From Octopus bimaculoides (Eukaryota), in NCBI RefSeq assembly GCF_001194135.2, contig NC_069005.1, positions 4,418,135-4,464,723 on the forward strand: a stretch of DNA of 46,589 bases, in the 5' to 3' direction. Below, one piece after another: positions 38,366-46,589 of this stretch. Both the position numbers and the translations under genes were made by a program. Below the pieces are notes generated by a model. That model did not search any database, was not told where the DNA came from, and was given only the letters and a program-made list of their open reading frames with translations. Each line of letters starts with the position of its first letter. Within the stretch, counting starts at the first letter, position 1.

Positions 38366-40549
38366 CGCCTGGTCATTATATCAAACACGTAAAGAATCTC
38401 TGGATGTGGAAAAGCAGAGGCCTTTTAGACTTGGCGAATCTTGCACTGCAAAACACACAAGCTCTCTNNNNNNNNNNNNNNNNNNNNNNNNNNNNNNNNN
38501 NNNNNNNNNNNNNNNNNNNNNNNNNNNNNNNNNNNNNNNNNNNNNNNNNNNNNNNNNNNNNNNNNNNNNNNNNNNNNNNNNNNNNNNNNNNNNNNNNNNN
38601 NNNNNNNNNNNNNNNNNNNNNNNNNNNNNNNNNNNNNNNNNNNNNNNNNNNNNNNNNNNNNNNNNNNNNNNNNNNNNNNNNNNNNNNNNNNNNNNNNNNN
38701 NNNNNNNNNNNNNNNNNNNNNNNNNNNNNNNNNNNNNNNNNNNNNNNNNNNNNNNNNNNNNNNNNNNNNNNNNNNNNNNNNNNNNNNNNNNNNNNNNNNN
38801 NNNNNNNNNNNNNNNNNNNNNNNNNNNNNNNNNNNNNNNNNNNNNNNNNNNNNNNNNNNNNNNNNNNNNNNNNNNNNNNNNNNNNNNNNNNNNNNNNNNN
38901 NNNNNNNNNNNNNNNNNNNNNNNNNNNNNNNNNNNNNNNNNNNNNNNNNNNNNNNNNNNNNNNNNNNNNNNNNNNNNNNNNNNNNNNNNNNNNNNNNNNN
39001 NNNNNNNNNNNNNNNNNNNNNNNNNNNNNNNNNNNNNNNNNNNNNNNNNNNNNNNNNNNNNNNNNNNNNNNNNNNNNNNNNNNNNNNNNNNNNNNNNNNN
39101 NNNNNNNNNNNNNNNNNNNNNNNNNNNNNNNNNNNNNNNNNNNNNNNNNNNNNNNNNNNNNNNNNNNNNNNNNNNNNNNNNNNNNNNNNNNNNNNNNNNN
39201 NNNNNNNNNNNNNNNNNNNNNNNNNNNNNNNNNNNNNNNNNNNNNNNNNNNNNNNNNNNNNNNNNNNNNNNNNNNNNNNNNNNNNNNNNNNNNNNNNNNN
39301 NNNNNNNNNNNNNNNNNNNNNNNNNNNNNNNNNNNNNNNNNNNNNNNNNNNNNNNNNNNNNNNNNNNNNNNNNNNNNNNNNNNNNNNNNNNNNNNNNNNN
39401 NNNNNNNNNNNNNNNNNNNNNNNNNNNATATATACATACATATATATATACATACATGACGCGGAAAGAAGGAGAGTGATAGAGAGAGACAAAAGGGGAG
39501 TGAAGAAGAGAGATAGTGAAAGATAGAAAGCGAAAGAGAGAGAAAGGGAAAGACAGAAAAAGAGGGTGAGAGAAATAGAGAGAAATAGATAGATAGATAG
39601 ACAGACAGAGAGAGAGAGAAATAGAGAGGGAGAGGGAGAGAGATAGGAAGAGGGAGAGACAGAGAGAAAGAGAGAGAGAGAGAAAGGGAGAAAAGAGAGA
39701 AAGAGAGAGAGAGAAAGGGAGAAAAGAGAGAAAGAGAGAGAGAGTGTGTGTGTGTTAATATCTACTTATATGCACGTGCGCACACACGAACCTGGACACA
39801 CTCAGAATGTATTTATTACCGGACACAAACTTAAAGAATATGAAATGTACATTTCTCTGTAAGCCTCATAACACATTTTTGAGAAAGNNNNNNNNNNNNN
39901 NNNNNNNNNNNNNNNNNNNNNNNNNNNNNNNNNNNNNNNNNNNNNNNNNNNNNNNNNNNNNNNNNNNNNNNNNNNNNNNNNNNNNNNTCTGTCTCTCTCT
40001 CTATCTTTATCTCTCTCTTTGTTTCTCTCTCTCCTTCTCTCTCTCTCTCTATCTCTCTTTCTTTCTCACTCCCTCTCTCTCTCCCTGTCTGTCTCTGTCT
40101 CTGTCTCTTTGTCTCTCTCTCTCTCTGTCTTTTTCTCTTCTCTCCCTCCTCTCCCTCTCTCTCTTTCATTCTTGCTTTCTCTGTCTCTCTCTCTCTCTTT
40201 CTCACTCTCTCTTTCTCTCTCTCTCTTTTTTCTTTCTCTCTCTCTTCTCTCCGTTTCACTCTTTCTTTCTTGATTTCTCTCTCTCTCTTTCGCTCTCTAT
40301 CTCTCTATCTCCTTCTCTCTCTCATTCTCTTTCTCTCTCTCCCTCTCTCTCTTTCTCTCTCTCTCCCTATCTCTCTCTCTCTGTCTCTCTCTCTCTTTGT
40401 CTCTCTCTGTCTATGTCTATGTCTCTCTCTCTCTATGTCTCCCTCTCTCTCTATTTCTATTTCTCTCTTTTCTCTCTCTCTCTCGTTCTCTCTCCTTCTC
40501 TCTCTCTATCACTCTCTCTCTCTCGCTCTGAGAGAGAGAAAGTTAGGAC

Positions 40550-40583
<34 letters not shown>

Positions 40584-41093
40584 GAACGAGAGAAAGATAG
40601 AGAGACAGAGAATGGAAGGGAGACGGAAAAACAGACAGATTGTGAAGGCGAGAGTGAGATTGAGAGAAAGAGAGAGAGGAAGAGAGAGAGAAGAGAGAAA
40701 GAGAGAGAGAGAAAGAGAGAGAGAGAGAAAAAGAGAGAGGGAGAATAGACAGAGAGAGAAAAAGAGAGAGAGAGAAGAAGAGAGAGAGAGAAAGAGAGAG
40801 AGAAAAAAAGAGAGAGAGAGAAAAAATGAGAGAGAGAAAAAAAGAGAGAGAGAAAAAGAGGGAGAGAGATGGAGAGAGAGAGAAAGCAAGAAAGAAAGAG
40901 AGAGACGGAGAGAAGAGAGAGACAGAAAGAGAGAGAGAACGAGAGAGAGAGAGAGAGAAAGGAAGAAAGAGAGATAGAGAGAGAGAGAAGCAAGAAAGAA
41001 AGAGAGAGAGGGAGAGGAGGGAGAGAAGAGAGAAACAGAGAGAGAGAGAGAGAGAGAGAGATAGTGAGAGAGAGTGGTAGCCATCACCAATCC

Positions 41094-41158
41094 ATGTAAC
41101 TCACGTTTCATCCCATCGGGTATTGGGTCGATTCGATGGGAATCAAAGAGAGTTATCT
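41094..41158 (+). ncRNA. Candidate pre-miRNA-like hairpin, diverged copy 4
   Basis: 8 differences in 65 nt, 3 of them in the loop. TCCCATCG/CGATGGGA is intact. Confidence 0.3.
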
Positions 41159-41733
41159 CGCCTGTCCTTTACGATGTCCTATCAATGATAGTAACAAAGC
41201 ATTAATTGATTCTCTGACTTTATCACACTCGCTGAAAATCTCTGGATTTTAAACTTTGCGAATCGTATACTGAAAAACGCACAAGCTCTCCCTCCCCCCC
41301 TTCTCTCTCTCTCTCTCTCCCTCTCTTTCTCTCTCTAAGTATCTCTCTCTTGCTCTCTCTTTCCTTCTCTCTTTCCCTCTTTCTTTTCCTTTCTCTTTTT
41401 GTCTTTCTCTCTCTATTTATCTCTTTCTTTCTCTTCCATTTATCTCTCTGTTCAACTCTCTTTCTCTCCTTCTTCTACTCTCTCTCTTCATCTCTCTTTC
41501 TCTCCTTCTCTTTTTCTATCTCTTTCTCACATTCTCTTTCTATCTTTATATGTATATATATATACATTTCTTAATCGCTATAATTCACATTTCCAAACAC
41601 ATACACGCATATATGTTCATACATATATTATAGGCATGAATATATAGATCTTTAATTATCTGTTTTTATGTGTGTATGTATATAATATATACATAGACAG
41701 ACACACACGTACGCACACATACACACATACATA

Positions 41734-41774
<41 letters not shown>

Positions 41775-42470
41775 GTATATCTCTCTGAATATATGTCTTA
41801 ATTTCAGATTATCTTTATATATTGTTCACGCGATCAAATTCACGCCCGTTGAGCGCTACCTCCACCAACATCAACTTCTGTAACGTAAATAATATCGGAG
41901 AATTAATAAATACCTTTAGGATAATGGTCAATGGTTAGACTCATGTTTATTGGGCCATGTTAATTGATATTGGTCGCAATCAATCAAGTGTAGAAAATCA
42001 CAAACGTATAGTGAAGCAATGCATAGCAAATCTATGGTCACTAACACATCTGCTAATTCCTGCAACCAAACAGCCTCCTGGCCCTTTCACAACATCACAC
42101 CTAGAAACAAATATGTTTGTACCGGATATTCGTGCAGGTATATTTTCATGTAAAGGCATATATATGTGTGCTCGCGCTAGTGTGTGTGTCGCAAGCTATA
42201 TTAAAATGCACCTTCCCAAAATAACACGCAGTGGGGCTGAACACATTTATTTGCACAATCAAATCTAGTTGTTTTTCCTGAGGTGACATTCTACGGTTGC
42301 CTCCGTTAGTTTAAATTCTTTGATGCAAGGCCATGCTTGGGGAAATATAACTAGATCTCATTACGCTAACACGGAGTTGCATAACCAAATACTTGTATTC
42401 GTTTATGAACTACCTTGTATAGAAACAATTGTAGTGATTAGAAAGGAACTAGCTAGATGGATATATAGAC

Positions 42471-42629
<159 letters not shown>

Positions 42630-43688
42630 CGTACGTACGTATATATGTGCATTAAAAGTTTCCATTATATCCACATATAAACCTACACATAATCAATTTT
42701 CAATAAAATCACGTGATTACTCGTGAATTGCTCTCGCGTATTATTCATCTTACTGGATGTAATTATGTAAAAGAAAATCCATTTCCGTATACATTCATAT
42801 AAGCATATATACATATATACGTATGTATATATGCATATATCTATGCACAAACACAAACACACACATATTAATATGTACAAGTATATATTTATTTACGAAT
42901 GTATGTTTATATGCACAGACATACGTAGCCGTAATAACATATCAGAAAAAAATATGTGTGTACATAGCTACATATAACTGCTTTATCCAGTTCTTAAGTA
43001 TATTTATTACTCAATTGATTTTGACATAGTCATATGAAACCAATTAAGTTATATTAGTAAGGTTTCTGCCATACTGGAGGCTGGCTTAAAAGTGATAGTG
43101 ACAGGTTGATGGAAATTACATTACTGGCAAAGCTTAAACGCCATTTCAATAATTCTCGATATCTATCAATGTTTTGCTTTAGTTTCTTTTCGTAAACTGT
43201 CTGCTAAATTTTCTATTATGGATGAATCTGAAAGTTGCCGGAAAAAAAGTACATTCCAAGTAGAATATCAAATATTAAGAAACCTATAGATAGATGAAAA
43301 ATTATATTTACATGGTTTTACTTATCTTTCGTTAATTTGCCGCTTGACACTCAAAGTTGTGTCTATATTATTTTCTGATGATTTTAATAATTTATGGTGT
43401 GTGATATCATACCTTATTAAATGAGAGGAATTAAGAGACAAATATGGTAAAAAAAATAGAACATATAGTAAATCAGGAATTAAGTTACCGAATTACCAAA
43501 GAATGTATGATATTTGCTCCTCGCTGCAAAGTTTTAATATACATAAATACGAGTCAGAATTACATACATTTACACACATACTCACACATGCTCGCGCAAA
43601 GCATACACGCATGTACACTGTGTAGGTGTTGTTCATTCTGTGGTACGTATGTATGAAACTTAGAGAATAGGGGAACACATATACGCAA

Positions 43689-43720
<32 letters not shown>

Positions 43721-43779
43721 NNNNNNNNNNNNNNNNNNNNNNNNNNNNNNNNNNNNNNNNNNNNNNNNNNNNNNNNNNN

Positions 43780-43814
<35 letters not shown>

Positions 43815-43845
43815 ATGCATGTATTTGTATGTGTGTGTATGTCTG

Positions 43846-44160
43846 TGTGGCTTAGTGATTAGAGTTTTTGGCAGGCAATCGTAGGGTCAGGAGTTCGATT
43901 CCCGGCGGCGCATTGTGTCCTTGAGAAAGACATTTTATTTCACATTAATCTAGTGCATTTAGCTGTCAAAAATGAGTAGTACTTCTATTCCAAGGAGACT
44001 GCCAAGGAGCCTACGTCATCTCCCTGTGAAGTAAGCGAACGGGTACCCGTCCCTGAATGCCTGAAGTGCTCAGCCACATGCACGTTAATCTCACGGGAAA
44101 GCTATCTGTTCCGTTGATGGACCAACTGGAACCTTCGTCGTTGTAACCGACAGAGAGCCA
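43846..44160 (+). mobile_element. tRNA-headed SINE with a CORE-like body
   Basis: gtggcttagtgattagag (A box), ggagttcgattccc (B box), then gcattgtgtccttgagaaagacattttatttcac. Another SINE fragment lies on the minus strand at about 44205-44300. Confidence 0.7.
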
Positions 44161-44374
44161 GATATATATATATATATATTATATACATATATATATAAAT
44201 ATAAAAGCGTCTACCATATCCGCTCCAAAGACATTGGTCAGTCCAGACCCGGAGTAGAAAACATTTGCTGCATATTCACCACAGTGGAACTGAATGCAGG
44301 ACTCTGGGATCGACTAAACACCACCAGAAAATTACTTGGCATTGTGTCAAAACTTGAATAGATAATTATCAGCT

Positions 44375-44375
44375 T

Positions 44376-44406
<31 letters not shown>

Positions 44407-44700
44407 TTATCATCATGATCATCATTATTATTATTGTAGTTGTTGTTGGTGTTGCTGTTGTTGTTAGCATCTCGGTATTTATTATTATTATCGTTTTTTT
44501 TTTACATTATATTATTATTACATTATATTACATTATTTTATTATTACTTAATTTTTAATTTTTTTCATTTATTTGTTGTACTCTCTCTCTCTCTCTCTAT
44601 CTCTCTCTCAATCTCTCTCATCGTCTCTCTCTCTCTCTCTCTCTCATCATCTCTATCTCCCTCTCTCATCGTTTCTCTCTCTCTCTCTCTCTCTCTGATT
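44375..44700 (+). repeat. (TAT)n and (CT)n microsatellites
   Basis: Read directly from the sequence. Confidence 0.9.
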
Positions 44701-46524
44701 TAGTTTGGCGAATAAACGCATTTGTGTGTTTTAGTCTCTTATGGGGAATACTTCGTCTTATTTTCTTTGTTTTGGTTACAAAGTTGAAAATATAAAAACG
44801 AAAATTTTCGAAAAACCATAGTTAATAGGAAATTAAATAATATATTTTCTTTCTGATATTCTTTCAACAAAAGAAAGTCAAACAAATATTTCGATGATGA
44901 AACAGAATTACTTTAGTCTTCGGAGACGGCACAGAAGAAAGGTATATTTATGTTTGTCTATGGTTATGACTCAACGTATATGTGTGTGTGTGTGTGTGTA
45001 GAGTGATAGAAAAGACTACAGGGAGATAAGTGAAAATAAGAAAACATTTCAAAAATCTGTATCATATATATATATATANNNNNNNNNNNNNNNNNNNNNN
45101 NNNNNNNNNNNNNNNNNNNNNNNNNNNNNNNNNNNNNNNNNNNNNNNNNNNNNNNNNNNNNNNNNNNNNNNNNNNNNNNNNNNNNNNNNNNNNNNNNNNN
45201 NNNNNNNNNNNNNNNNNNNNNNNNNNNNNNNNNNNNNNNNNNNNNNNNNNNNNNNNNNNNNNNNNNNNNNNNNNNNNNNNNNNNNNNNNNNNNNNNNNNN
45301 NNNNNNNNNNNNNNNNNNNNNNNNNNNNNNNNNNNNNNNNNNNNNNNNNNNNNNNNNNNNNNNNNNNNNNNNNNNNNNNNNNNNNNNNNNNNNNNNNNNN
45401 NNNNNNNNNNNNNNNNNNNNNNNNNNNNNNNNNNNNNNNNNNNNNNNNNNNNNNNNNNNNNNNNNNNNNNNNNNNNNNNNNNNNNNNNNNNNNNNNNNNN
45501 NNNNNNNNNNNNNNNNNNNNNNNNNNNNNNNNNNNNNNNNNTATATATATATATATATATATATATCAAATGCAGGAGTACTTTCTCATGTGTATATATG
45601 TATGTAATCTCATAGCTTTCTGTGTGAAATATGAATTTATGAACCAATAGGAAAATATATCAAAGGATTTTCATATTTAATTTTTGTCCTAGTCTGATTA
45701 TTTTAGAATAATTTTTACCTTCTTAGAGTAAATTTTTATTATTCTCACATCCATATTATTTCTGAATTGTACATCATATCAGCTACAAAAAGATATTCAT
45801 ATAAAGTTTTATTTTTGTATATAGTTTGTATGCAATTTTCTTTGCTTCTTTTTGATTCAATAACAACTAAGTTTGAGTTTCCTCTCCCTCGCTCGTTATC
45901 GTCTGACGAGAATATTAAGTATATTTTTGTTTTACAATGTTTATTTGTTTGGTTTACTATATTGTTTCAATTGTGTGTGCTGTGTAGAAAGCAGTCTTTA
46001 CGTTTTCTTTTAAGAACAACACTTTGGTTTTTAAAATTAAATCATTTTCTGAAAATCGTGGATCATAAACTAGGATAAAGTATTGTCAATTGCTTCACAA
46101 GTAAAATTAACTAGTTAGTAATGTAATCTATGTAATGTTATAATATAACATTACAAAAAGTGCATGACACTAGCAAGAAAACGCAACACCAACGAAAAAT
46201 GCTATCGTTGTCCCGAATTAGTGAATACAATCTAATATAATACATGCGAAAACTTATTTCTGTGTGTCAGTGTGTCACACTTCGGATCCCTCACTATTCA
46301 TTCACAATCCTACTGTTGCTCATGTTGGAGTGAGAGTAATCTGAAGCAGTCAGGGACAATAGTGATAGTAAGCAATGGGAAAGACAGTGGGGATGGTGGT
46401 GGAAGAGAAGACGGCAAAGTCAAAGGTACACATGGTGGTGGCGTCAGAAGTCTGAGTGGTGTGTGTATGGCAGTTGTGGTGCCGATGGCGGTGGTACTGG
46501 TGATAGTGATTGTTGGAAGCAATC

Positions 46525-46589
<65 letters not shown>

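Larger units (their letters stand above)
33470..41290 (+). repeat. Array of a ~340-bp unique core separated by CT-rich/GA-rich low-complexity spacers
   Basis: Full cores at about 35050-35393, 36764-37110 and 38114-38462. Partial cores at about 34313-34516 and 39754-39885. Diverged copy at about 41074-41286 and a diverged 3' fragment at about 33470-33520. All are in the same orientation. Confidence 0.9.

Noticed and set aside
35050-38462. Core-spacer-core array as a CRISPR-like locus
   Set aside because: The repeats are ~340 bp with kb-long microsatellite spacers in a eukaryotic context, and there are no cas genes.
33404-41647. Many long ORFs rich in SL/ER/RE/YI/CV/HT dipeptides, here and throughout the window
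   Set aside because: They are translations of (CT)n, (GA)n, (AT)n and (GT)n microsatellites, open in several frames at once, with no codon structure.
43846-43915. tRNA gene at the A/B-box-containing sequence (also at about 16805 and 12900-12945)
   Set aside because: No complete cloverleaf or acceptor stem. The boxes run into SINE body sequence that recurs elsewhere in the window.

Overview
AT-rich, microsatellite-dense eukaryotic scaffold with many N gaps. The abundant tRNA-derived SINEs look like those of octopus/coleoid cephalopods (taxon inferred from repeat recognition, not checked). Most ORFs in the supplied track are artefacts of microsatellites or N runs. The real coding content is a cluster of three paralogous spliced genes that share one exon plan: an ATG exon of 81-87 coding nt (phase 0), a 37-nt micro-exon (phase 1) and one large exon. 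They are gene B (minus, 16087..12401, about 730 aa), gene C (plus, 29379..31950, about 610 aa) and the first two coding exons of gene A (minus, 1354..721, running off the left edge). B and C encode a stand-alone ZC3H7/RoXaN-like Cys/His zinc-finger module followed by a long, probably disordered tail, and C has lost most of the first zinc unit by in-frame deletion. Downstream of C is a roughly 8-kb array of a ~340-bp unique core containing a 65-nt pre-miRNA-sized hairpin, separated by oppositely oriented CT- and GA-rich arms. Other structure: a duplicated promoter/first-exon-like block upstream of C, a second local repeat family between the divergent genes, a fold-back element, and 108-bp tandem arrays.
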